A DNA stretch of 52,336 bases. It comes from an uncultured Gemmatimonadota bacterium (lineage in GTDB: Bacteria; Blakebacterota; Blakebacteria; Blakebacterales; Blakebacteraceae). Positions 43,981-52,336 of this stretch are shown in pieces. Every line of letters begins with the position of its first letter. Positions within the stretch are counted from its first letter, which is position 1. The position numbers and the translations under genes were made by a program. The notes beneath the pieces were generated by a model. The model made no database searches. It had not been told where the DNA came from and saw only the letters and a program-made list of their open reading frames with translations. The stretch spans positions 1-52,336 of the forward strand of contig CAZNUA010000023.1 of assembly GCA_964576115.1 (NCBI GenBank), given 5' to 3'.

Positions 43981-44487
43981 ATGGCCGCCGAGCAGAAGGA
44001 TAACGACGTCGTCAGGGTCGACTTCGCCTTCAAGCGGGAACTGGCCGAGAAGGTCGAGGGCAACCTGGCCAGCTTCTGCTACCAGTGCGGGGCCTGCGTC
44101 GGCGACTGCCCGGCAGCGACCTATACCGACGATTTCAATCCCCGCATGATCATGCTCAAAGTCCTCTACGGGCTGGGAGAGGAACTCATCGGCAGCGATT
44201 CCATCCTCTGGGAGTGCACCAACTGCTACAACTGTGCCGAGCGGTGTCCCCAGGAGGTCAAACCGGCCGAAGTGATCATCAGCATGAAGAACATGATGGC
44301 CGACCGCGGCATCTACCCCGAGGGGGTCGAGAAGGTCATCACCACCTTCGAGACCACCGGGCGCACTGTCCCGATGAGTTCGGCGATAGACAAGCAGCGG
44401 GCCAAGTTCGGCCTGCCGCCTCTCGAGCCCGTTCCGATGGACGAGATCAAAAAGCTCCTCGAGCCCTCCGGGAAAGGAGACGAGTAA
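43981..44487 (+). CDS. hdrC: Heterodisulfide reductase subunit C
   Basis: CYQCGACVGDCP, FNPR, LWECTNCYNCAERCPQ. Confidence 0.93.
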   Translation: MAAEQKDNDVVRVDFAFKRELAEKVEGNLASFCYQCGACVGDCPAATYTDDFNPRMIMLKVLYGLGEELIGSDSILWECTNCYNCAERCPQEVKPAEVIISMKNMMADRGIYPEGVEKVITTFETTGRTVPMSSAIDKQRAKFGLPPLEPVPMDEIKKLLEPSGKGDE

Positions 44488-45410
44488 TGGAACGGTTCGC
44501 CTTCTTCCCCGGCTGTCTGGTGCCCGCCCGCTATCCCGCCATGGAGTTCGCCATCCGCAAAACCCTGCCCAAACTGGGCATCGAGATCATCGATCTTGAG
44601 GGCACCTCCTGCTGTCCCGACCCGATCTACTTCAAATCCAAAGACAAGATCTCCTGGCTCTCGGTCGCGGCCCGCAACCTCTGCCTGGCCGAGGAACAGG
44701 GGGTGGACGTCTTCACCAACTGCTCGGGCTGTACCGCCACCCTGTCGGAAACCTGGCACCTGTTGCATGACCACGAGGACATCCGCGACAAGGTCAACGA
44801 ACGGCTGGCGAAGATCGGCAAGGAGTGGAAAGGCACCAGCAAGGTCCGCCACATCGCCACCCTGGTGCGCGATATCGCCGGCTACGAGGCGGTGCGCGAA
44901 ACGGTCGTGCGTCCTCTCGAGGGCCTGAAGGTGGCCATCCACTACGGCTGCCACCTGCTCAAGCCCAGCAAGATCATGAACGTGGACGATCCCAACGATC
45001 CGCAGATGCTCGAGGAACTGGTCAGAGCCCTGGGAGCCGAACCGGTGCGGCACAGCAAGTGGTACCTGTGCTGTGGCAAGGCCTGCCAGTTGAACGACGA
45101 TCTGCCCGACACCATGATGCGCGATCTGCTCACGACGGTGCGGGAAGAGGAAGCCGAGATCCTCTGCCTGATCTGCCCTACCTGTTTCAGCCAGTTCGAC
45201 TACGGTCAGCTCAAGGTCGCCCGGCGTTTCGAAGAGGACTTCCACATCCCGCCGATTTACTATTTCCAGCTCCTGGCCCTGGCGCAGGGCATCGAGTATG
45301 AAGATCTCGGGTTCGAGCGGCAGCGCTTCAAACCTGAATGCCTGCAGCGGTTCGAGATCACCGTGACCGAACCCGAATCCGAGCCCGAACCCGAGCCGGA
45401 GACGGCCTGA
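44487..45410 (+). CDS. hdrB: Heterodisulfide reductase subunit B
   Basis: FFPGC, SCCP, CSGC, HYGCH, LCCG, CPTC..QFD. TAATG overlap with hdrC. Confidence 0.93.
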   Translation: MERFAFFPGCLVPARYPAMEFAIRKTLPKLGIEIIDLEGTSCCPDPIYFKSKDKISWLSVAARNLCLAEEQGVDVFTNCSGCTATLSETWHLLHDHEDIRDKVNERLAKIGKEWKGTSKVRHIATLVRDIAGYEAVRETVVRPLEGLKVAIHYGCHLLKPSKIMNVDDPNDPQMLEELVRALGAEPVRHSKWYLCCGKACQLNDDLPDTMMRDLLTTVREEEAEILCLICPTCFSQFDYGQLKVARRFEEDFHIPPIYYFQLLALAQGIEYEDLGFERQRFKPECLQRFEITVTEPESEPEPEPETA

Positions 45411-45540
45411 CGCCCCGCCCCTGACCAGCCGGCCGCTGTCGTTTCCACCGCGTTTCGTCCTCGCTCCCGGCCAGTTCGTTCTGGACGATCACCTCCTGTC
45501 TACCGACACTTTATATCAACTGGATAGGAGGTCGGTGCGT

Positions 45541-46197
45541 ATGAGCATCGCAGAGAACGTTGCCCGCCTGAGACGCGAGATCCCCGATCACGTCAGGATC
45601 GTGGCGGCCGCAAAAACGCGCAGCGTCGACGACATCAAAGCCGCCCTCGATGCGGGGATCACCGATTTCGGCGAAAACTACGTCCAGGAAGCGGAGAGCA
45701 TCCGGGACGGCCTGGGTGATATCGCCGACAGGGCCACCTGGCACCTGATCGGACACCTGCAGACGAACAAGGTCAACAAGGCCCTGGCGCTTTTCGACCT
45801 GATCCAGACCCTCGATTCGCTGAAACTGGCCCAGGCCATTGCGAAGAGAACCGAGGTCCGGTTACCGGTTCTGATCGAGATCAACAGCGGGCGGGAACCG
45901 CAGAAGACCGGAGTCGTGCCCGAGGAGGCGGAATCGCTGATCCGGGAGATCGCCGGGCTGGAGAAGATCGAGATCAGGGGACTGATGACCATGGGACCGC
46001 GTTTCGGCGATCCCGAAGAGGCCCGGCCCTATTTTCGCGAGACCAGGAAACTCTTCGACGCCCTGACCCGGCTCGAGGTCCCCGGAGTGACAATGGATAT
46101 CCTCTCGATGGGGATGTCGAACGCCTACCGGATCGCCATAGAGGAAGGCAGCACGATGATCCGGCCGGGCAGTATCCTCTTTTCTCCCCGTTCGTGA
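45541..46197 (+). CDS. yggS: PLP homeostasis protein (YggS/PROSC)
   Basis: AAAKT, FGENYVQE, WHLIGHLQTNK, GLMTMG, LSMGMS. Confidence 0.95.
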   Translation: MSIAENVARLRREIPDHVRIVAAAKTRSVDDIKAALDAGITDFGENYVQEAESIRDGLGDIADRATWHLIGHLQTNKVNKALALFDLIQTLDSLKLAQAIAKRTEVRLPVLIEINSGREPQKTGVVPEEAESLIREIAGLEKIEIRGLMTMGPRFGDPEEARPYFRETRKLFDALTRLEVPGVTMDILSMGMSNAYRIAIEEGSTMIRPGSILFSPRS

Positions 46198-46199
46198 GT

Positions 46200-47105
46200 A
46201 TGGAGATAGAGATCGTCGGCACCGAATCTCTGGGGGTGCGCGGACTCTGCTGTGTCGTCCGCACCGCCGGGCACGTGATTGTGATCGATCCCGGTGTCGC
46301 TCTCGGGTACAAGCGCCACAACCTGCTGCCGCATCCGGTCCAGGTCGCCGCCGGGGAGCGGGTGCGGACCGCCATCGGCCACCATCTTGCTGAGGCCACC
46401 GATGTGGTCCTCTCCCACTTTCACGGCGATCACATGCCGCTGGCCGATGCCAATCCCTATCAACTGTCGACCTATACCGTAGCCGATCTGCTGCAGACAC
46501 CTGCTCTCTGGATCAAACGCGTCGACGGGGAATATCCGCGCGTCGGCGGTCGGCGCACACAGCTGCTGGCGATCCTCGACCGCCAGGCACCGCCCTGCGA
46601 CGGTCAACAGCACGGCCGGCTGACTTTTTCAGAGACCATGCCGCACGACTCGGCGGACTCGCCCATGGGCACGGTCATGATGACGCGTATCGAAGAGGGC
46701 TCCGACGTTTTCGTTCACGCCTCGGACATTCAGCTTCTCTCGGACGAACCGGTCGATCTGATCCGGGAATGGGCTCCCACGATCGTTCTGGCCAGCGGGC
46801 CGGCCCTGTACCGCGATCGATCGCCCGCCACCCTCGCCCGGGCCCGCGACCGGGCCCTGCAGCTGGCTGATATCGCCGAGGTCTGCATCATCGATCACCA
46901 CCCCCTGCGCTCTGCCGACGGTGTGGCCTGGTTGGATGAGCTGCGGGCCGAAACGGACGGCAGAATCCTCTGTGCCGCCGATTACATGCAGACCGATCGC
47001 TCTCTGTTGGAAGCCCGCCGGGCCGAACTCTATGACCGGCATCCCGTTCCCGCCGATTGGCACGAACGCTACGCCGAAGGAAAGGTCACGCCGCCGGCTC
47101 TCTGA
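46200..47105 (+). CDS. Metallo-beta-lactamase-fold hydrolase (UPF0282-like)
   Basis: ESLGVRG, IDPGVALG, SHFHGDH, HASDIQ, IDHH. Confidence 0.85.
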   Translation: MEIEIVGTESLGVRGLCCVVRTAGHVIVIDPGVALGYKRHNLLPHPVQVAAGERVRTAIGHHLAEATDVVLSHFHGDHMPLADANPYQLSTYTVADLLQTPALWIKRVDGEYPRVGGRRTQLLAILDRQAPPCDGQQHGRLTFSETMPHDSADSPMGTVMMTRIEEGSDVFVHASDIQLLSDEPVDLIREWAPTIVLASGPALYRDRSPATLARARDRALQLADIAEVCIIDHHPLRSADGVAWLDELRAETDGRILCAADYMQTDRSLLEARRAELYDRHPVPADWHERYAEGKVTPPAL

Positions 47106-47123
47106 GGGTACCCGGAACCGACC

Positions 47124-47732
47124 TCAGTGCATCCGGAAATCGGCCGTCTGGACGTGGTCCTCGACCAGGTTCCAGAGTTCCTCGACATCCAGGGCCATGA
47201 TCACCAGGTCGCGGCGGTGCCCCTTGATGTCGGTCACGTGCTTGCGCAGGGTCGCTTCCTTGTGGAATCCCATCCGCTCGAACGCGGCAATAGCCGATTC
47301 CTGACTGTCCACCAGTTCGGCCTGAAGCTTGTAGAGTTTCTGCTTCAGAGCCTGGAAGAAGAGTTCGCGGGTGAGTTTGGTGGCCAGCCCGCGCTGCTGA
47401 TACTCGCGGGAAATGCAGATCCGCACCTCGCCGACGTGGCGGGTCCACCCGAAGGTAGCCCGCCAGATGGTGGCGATGGCGATGATCGTACCATCGATCC
47501 TGGCCAGCAGCGGGAACATGCGGTCGTAGTCGGGTTTACCGAAGCGCCGCCGCACATTCTCGGGATCGCAGATGTCAGAGCGCAGATAGAGCCGGTCCTC
47601 TTCGGGCAGGGACTGGAAGAAAGTGATGAGTTCGGGCAGATCGTCATCGGTCAGGATCTCGAGCCTGATCGGGGTGTCATCCTCGAGCTGGATGGTTTTC
47701 GGGTAAGTCTCCACCGGGTCCTCCTCGCACAT
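47124..47732 (-). CDS. GNAT-family N-acetyltransferase
   Basis: LPEEDRLYLR, HVGEVR, YQQRGLATKL, FERMGF. Confidence 0.9.
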   Translation of the reverse strand: MCEEDPVETYPKTIQLEDDTPIRLEILTDDDLPELITFFQSLPEEDRLYLRSDICDPENVRRRFGKPDYDRMFPLLARIDGTIIAIATIWRATFGWTRHVGEVRICISREYQQRGLATKLTRELFFQALKQKLYKLQAELVDSQESAIAAFERMGFHKEATLRKHVTDIKGHRRDLVIMALDVEELWNLVEDHVQTADFRMH

Positions 47733-47832
47733 GTACCTCGTATCGCTCGCGCGGGGATACTAAAGGGTCGCGGGTCGGCGTGCCAAGTGGATAGAACGAA
47801 CCTCCCCCCTGCCGACAGCAGATTGCGGCCGA

Positions 47833-47988
47833 TTGATCAGCCTGGGGGAAGTCTATCTGCGGCTGGGACGTAAGGATGACGCCATCGCCGCCTTCGAGCA
47901 CTCGCTCGAACTCAATCCCGAGAACGGCAATGCCACCCGGCGCCTGGAGGAACTCAAGGGTATAATCGTATGGGGATATGGACTCTGA
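47833..47988 (+). pseudogene. C-terminal TPR remnant
   Basis: LISLGEVYLRLGRKDDAIAAFEHSLELNPENGNATRRLEEL. In-frame TAA at 47761 and no ATG after it. Confidence 0.6.
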
Positions 47989-48598
47989 AAGAGGCATGTC
48001 CGCGCCCCAGATCCTCTTCATATCGAATGGGTGAGTTGAACGAACGGCCCGACCCCTGCAACCGACTGTAACAGAGCTGAACCTCTATCCCGACTCCGAA
48101 CTTGGGCACGGGCAGATATTCCGCCCCGAGCCCTGCGGCAAGCGTATACTCGGTGCATTCCACCCTGATGGATCCGACATCTTCGATGTTCGGTCTGGCA
48201 TCGCGCCTGTTGAGATAGCGATCCGCCCGAAGTCGTACAGACCAGAAAAGACACCCGGATCTATGTCCTGTGAACAGATGGAGGTATCCGGCGCCGGCAC
48301 CGAAAACGCGCGTTCTGCCGACATGCACATAATTGCTCAGAGACTTCCGCGCGTAACAGATCTCCGGTTCCACATACCCCCTCTGCGATACCCGGAACGG
48401 GAACAAGATCCGAACGGGCACAATATTGAGATACGTGTTGTCACAGGCCGGAGCCAGGGGTGCCTCGTCAACCACGAGGCCGAATCCCAGATCGGCGCTC
48501 GACGAGCCTTTTCCCTGCTGCTGACCCGCGGCCGACACCGGGACGGCAGAAAGGAGGAGAAGAAGAAGCGGGATTGTCCGGCAGGGTGCATATCTCAT
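47954..48598 (-). CDS. Hypothetical secreted / outer-membrane beta-barrel protein
   Basis: Signal peptide, AGLGAEYL...FGVGIEVQL, C-terminal IRLYP. Confidence 0.65.
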   Translation of the reverse strand: MRYAPCRTIPLLLLLLSAVPVSAAGQQQGKGSSSADLGFGLVVDEAPLAPACDNTYLNIVPVRILFPFRVSQRGYVEPEICYARKSLSNYVHVGRTRVFGAGAGYLHLFTGHRSGCLFWSVRLRADRYLNRRDARPNIEDVGSIRVECTEYTLAAGLGAEYLPVPKFGVGIEVQLCYSRLQGSGRSFNSPIRYEEDLGRGHASFRVHIPIRLYP

Positions 48599-49755
48599 CT
48601 TGGTCTCGCCTCCCAGAGGATTGCCTTTTCACCGGCGGGGTCGAGTACGGCGAACACGAGCCGGGGCTCCGTCCCAACGGCAGCCATGACAGCCAGCAGG
48701 ATAGGATTAAAATGACTCCATCGATACAGGCCGCTGGCAACGATATGGACATTCCATGAGGCCGACCTGCGACTGAGCCAGAGCAGATCGTAGCGACTCG
48801 CCCCGTTGAATCTGGCGACAACTGCATAAGGCGTCCCGTCGGGGGCTGTCGTCACCGCCAGGTAGCGGTTCAGTAATATATCTTCCGCTATCGGTAACCC
48901 TTCCGCCTCCCATCCCATGATTTCGTTGACATCCTCCCACATGACCAGGACGTTCCGGCTGTAGTCGAATCCGATCACCCGTACCGCATTCGATGCCGAC
49001 AGAGACAATCGTGCAGGTGCCCCCGCGTGTGATCCTTCAGGGCCGTTCTCGACCGGTACAGAGCGGGTCCATGAACCGGCGGTGAGGCAGTCATAGTAGG
49101 AGGAGGTTGTTGAGATCTGACTATAGAGTATGTGGTGGCGGTCGAAAGAGTCTCGCACATAACTGAGCATTTCTGCATACCAGGTCGTGCTCGGGATCTC
49201 GTGATGAATCCATTCCTCACCCGAATGAAGACAGAGCACAGGTCCTCTTTGGTGGACCTGAAGAACAGCCGACAGATCCCCGCCGACTGAAGTTTCCAGA
49301 CAGCCCTGTTCATCATCCCACCTGAATTCACGATAGGCCGGGATCTCCAGTTCCTGATCGGTCGTCCCGTCGGTGTGATGGATGACAACTCCGCGCGTAT
49401 CATCGGAGACGAGCACGAACCAGAAACCGTCAATGCCCGGGGCGATATCACACACGGGCCAGGAGGCTGATGTCGCGGCGGCGATCCTGCCGGCTTCCGC
49501 CCACGTTCCCTGCTCGTCGGTCAACAGGACGATCTCCCCGCTGCCGGTCAGTACCGCCACGCCGAGAACACCCTATGAGTTACCCGCAGCGGAGACGGCC
49601 AGCAGTACGTCGGACGGCAGAACTCTCCTGAAGATGAAGCGTCCCTGATTGAAAACAGCCGGCTCCGCAAGATCGTAGGGCTGGCGGGTACACCCCGAGG
49701 CGGCCGTCAGAAGGAAAAGCAGAAGAGCGAGAACACGTGGTCGGAACGAGCGCAT
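48595..49755 (-). pseudogene. Lipoprotein gene interrupted by an in-frame TAG (49573-49575)
   Basis: ORF 49573-49755 (lipobox ASGC) and ORF 48595-49560 are in one frame: ...AAGNS*GVLGVAVLTG... Confidence 0.65.
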
Positions 49756-49819
49756 AGGCGGCTCCCGACCGGAGGACGGTGAACCCTTCAGCGACGTTTA
49801 CTCCCGGCACACGAAACAG

Positions 49820-49860
49820 CAACCCCGCCGGGAGAGATGATCCTCCTCCCGGCGGGGTTG
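49820..49860 (-). terminator. Terminator hairpin downstream of tRNA-Pro
   Basis: CAACCCCGCCGGGAG...CTCCCGGCGGGGTTG, 7 nt from the tRNA 3' end. Confidence 0.75.
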
Positions 49861-49867
49861 TCAGCAA

Positions 49868-49944
49868 TGGTCGGGGTGGCCGGATTTGAACCGGCGACCC
49901 CCGCGTCCCGAACGCGGTGCTCTACCGGACTGAGCCACACCCCG
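49868..49944 (-). tRNA. tRNA-Pro (anticodon CGG)
   Basis: CGGGGTGTGGCTCAGTCCGGTAGAGCACCGCGTTCGGGACGCGGGGGTCGCCGGTTCAAATCCGGCCACCCCGACCA, full cloverleaf with encoded CCA. Confidence 0.97.
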
Positions 49945-50059
49945 ATATGTCCGGAAACCCGCCACGACCGGTCGGGGGAGACCGACTCGATCGAACGGCG
50001 GTTCAGCTTATCTAATGTAATCGAGAACGGCTCAGACGCCACTCTCACCTGTGCCCCGC

Positions 50060-50584
50060 TCAGCGGGTGAAGAGTTCCACCCCCCCGATCACCCCCAGGG
50101 TGGCCAGGGTCACGACGGTCGAGGCGATAAGGATACCGCCGAAGACGACCGGGATCGCCAGGCGGGGCCTGATCCCGAAAACGAATGCGGCTGCACACCC
50201 CGTCCAGGCGCCGGTCACCGGCAGAGGGATCGAGACAAAGAGCAGTAATCCCAGGGCTTCGTACCGTTCGATCATCTTGCCCCGGCGGCGGGTGCGGGCG
50301 AAAAGCCATTCGAAGAAGCGGTCCCAGATCCGCCAGCGGCGCAGCCAGTTCGAGACCGGTTCGAGGCCGAGCAGGAGCGGAATCACGGGCAGGGCGTTGC
50401 CGATGGCCCCAAAGAGAAAGGCTGTCTGCCACGAGAGCCCGCCCAGGGCGATACCGACCGGAATGGCACCGCGCACCTCGCTCACGGGCAGGGTACCGAT
50501 GATCAGCGTGACGATCTCGGGGGGCAGTCCCGTCAGCGCTTCCCAGATGGCATCGAGCACGCCCGGCCCCCTACTGCCCGTCAT
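50060..50584 (-). CDS. Small multidrug export family membrane protein (COG2426)
   Basis: LPVSEVRGAIPVG, FVSIPLPVTGAWTG. Confidence 0.88.
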   Translation of the reverse strand: MTGSRGPGVLDAIWEALTGLPPEIVTLIIGTLPVSEVRGAIPVGIALGGLSWQTAFLFGAIGNALPVIPLLLGLEPVSNWLRRWRIWDRFFEWLFARTRRRGKMIERYEALGLLLFVSIPLPVTGAWTGCAAAFVFGIRPRLAIPVVFGGILIASTVVTLATLGVIGGVELFTR

Positions 50585-51245
50585 CCGGCCAGCCGTGGCG
50601 GCCGACCAGCGGTACGAACGTGCAGCCCACATCGTCGCGGGTATCGTACTTCTCGCCATGCCGGGTGATGACCCGGAGCTGCTGAAAGCTGTGGCCCCCG
50701 ACCGGAATCACCAGCCGACCCCCCTTTTCGGAAAGCTGATCGAGCAGGGGCTGGGGCACGTCGGGACTGGCGGCGGTCACCACGATGCCGTCATAGGGAG
50801 CGTATTCGGACCAGCCGATCGAGCCGTCCCCGATCCTTATGGCGATGTTGTGAATATCCAGCGCATCGAACGCCTCGCGGGCCCGCCGGGCCAGAGCTCC
50901 ATGGCGCTCGATGGTGAAGACCTTGGCCGCCAGCATGGAGAGAATGGCCGCCTGGTACCCCGAACCGGTACCGATCTCGAGAATACGGTCCTCCGGTTCA
51001 GCCTCGAGAGTCTGGGTCATCAGAGCGACCATGAAGGGTTGGCTGATGGTTTGCCCCTGGCCGATCGGCAGGGGATGATCGCCGTAGGCGCGGGGCCAGA
51101 GGGCTTCCTCGACGAAGAGGTGCCGGGCCACCAGGCGCATGGCGGTCAGAACGCGCGGATCGCGGATGCCCCGGCGGGCCAGCTGTTCCTCGACCATGCG
51201 GTCGCGGACCATACCGAAGGCATCATTGCCGCGCGCCGCGGTCAC
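50571..51245 (-). CDS. pcm: Protein-L-isoaspartate O-methyltransferase
   Basis: PIGQGQTISQP, ILEIGTGSGYQAA, APYDGIVVTAA, FVPLVG. GTGA overlap with surE. Confidence 0.95.
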   Translation of the reverse strand: MTAARGNDAFGMVRDRMVEEQLARRGIRDPRVLTAMRLVARHLFVEEALWPRAYGDHPLPIGQGQTISQPFMVALMTQTLEAEPEDRILEIGTGSGYQAAILSMLAAKVFTIERHGALARRAREAFDALDIHNIAIRIGDGSIGWSEYAPYDGIVVTAASPDVPQPLLDQLSEKGGRLVIPVGGHSFQQLRVITRHGEKYDTRDDVGCTFVPLVGRHGWPDDGQ

Positions 51246-52117
51246 GCGGACCCGGCTCCGCTGTCGGTCCGAGCACTGTCGGACTCGCCGCCCCCGGCAG
51301 AGACGCTGCCGGGGGCCCCGTTCGGCCCGTTGCCGCAACCGGCCGGGGTGATCAGCTCCCAGTCACGCATGGAGGCCAGCTCTTCCTCGCGGGTCCAGTC
51401 CAGACGCAGCGGGGTGAGACTGATGTAGCCGTCCTCGATGGCCTGAAAATCGGTATCCTCTCCCCCCTTCCAGGTCGGATCCTGCCCGCCGATCCAGTAG
51501 TAGGGACGTCCCCGCGGATCGACATCCTCGAAAATCCCTTCCCGGAAGCTTCGTCGGCCCAGGCGGCAGACCCGATAGCCCTGTATGGCTTCGGCCGGTC
51601 CCCCGGGGATGTTGACATTGAGCAGATAATCGGAGCGCAGGCCGTCGCGGATCACCTGGGCCACGACCTCGCAGGCGATATCCCGCGCGGCGGTGAAATC
51701 GTAGCCGTTACCGGCATCGGGCACCAGGCTGATGGCGATGGCGGCACAGCCCAGCAGGGTGCCCTCGACCGCCGCCGCCACGGTGCCGGAGTAGATGACG
51801 TCGTCGCCCAGATTGGAACCCTGGTTGATACCGGAAACGATCAGGTCGGGTTTACGGGACAGCAGCCCGTGCATGCCGAGCATGACGCAGTCGGTCGGGG
51901 TGCCGTCCACGGCGTAGCGGTCGGCCTTCAGCCGCTGGACCCGCAGGGGGTGATGCAGGGTCAGGGAGTGGCTCGAAGCGGATTGCTCGCGGTCGGGCGC
52001 CACGACGACCGTGGACCAGTGCTCGGCGAGTGCTTCCGAGAGCGTCTGCAGGCCGGGGGCATAGACCCCGTCGTCGTTGGTGAGCAGGATGTAGACCTGG
52101 TCGGAAGCCTCTGTCAC
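51242..52117 (-). CDS. surE: 5'/3'-nucleotidase SurE
   Basis: ILLTNDDG, VAPDREQSASSHSLT, GTPTDCV, SGINQGSN, YSGTVAAA. Start codon uncertain. Confidence 0.95.
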   Translation of the reverse strand: MTEASDQVYILLTNDDGVYAPGLQTLSEALAEHWSTVVVAPDREQSASSHSLTLHHPLRVQRLKADRYAVDGTPTDCVMLGMHGLLSRKPDLIVSGINQGSNLGDDVIYSGTVAAAVEGTLLGCAAIAISLVPDAGNGYDFTAARDIACEVVAQVIRDGLRSDYLLNVNIPGGPAEAIQGYRVCRLGRRSFREGIFEDVDPRGRPYYWIGGQDPTWKGGEDTDFQAIEDGYISLTPLRLDWTREEELASMRDWELITPAGCGNGPNGAPGSVSAGGGESDSARTDSGAGSA

Positions 52118-52336
52118 ACCAGTTACCTTTTCATCAATGTCGCAGCGATCATCGCTGGTTCCCGATCGGATCATTCCTGCAGCCTCTGTCCCATCTGCAG
52201 CTGCCGGTCAGGCAGGTTCACATGAGCGAGAAACATATCAATTGGACTCAGCTCACGCACTACGGGATTCCCCGAGAGGAACAGACATGTCCGGGATCGT
52301 CATCCCGTGAGCATTATCGTAGAATCCTCAGCGGCA

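Noticed and set aside
47770-47790. Possible att duplicate of the tRNA-Pro 3' end (GGTCGGCGTGCC)
   Set aside because: Too short and mismatched for GC-rich DNA, and there is no integrase.

Overview
GC-rich bacterial window, probably from an anaerobe (metagenome-style assembly with a 100-N gap at 4117-4216). The left part is accessory and envelope-related: seven tandem 6-bladed beta-propeller (NHL-like) lipoprotein paralogs, a GH3/PA14 beta-glucosidase with an unexplained C-terminal domain, an erythromycin-esterase-family protein, a PadR + ADOP-type ABC permease, a receiver protein, a CoA-disulfide reductase/NADH oxidase, DUF6599, DUF169, an M14 peptidase and a PKD/PQQ-repeat protein. The core (32.4-45.4 kb) is one co-directional redox operon: Cys-tailed MarR, then korD-korA-korB-korC (2-oxoacid:ferredoxin oxidoreductase), hdrA1, mvhD, an hdrD-like gene, an hdrA2-mvhD fusion, a 48-aa CxxC...CxxC protein missed by the ORF track, hdrC and hdrB. 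The ORF track splits both hdrA genes at an in-frame TGA in the motif TMDCSI-U-ILGP. Each TGA is followed, after an identical 27-nt spacing, by a GGTC-loop hairpin, and the two stems differ by a compensatory base pair. I read both as selenoproteins with bacterial SECIS elements. The right end holds yggS, an MBL-fold hydrolase, a GNAT, a decayed islet beside tRNA-Pro(CGG) (amber-interrupted lipoprotein gene, TPR remnant), and a surE-pcm-COG2426 cluster. Family names come from motif recognition only; no database searches were run.
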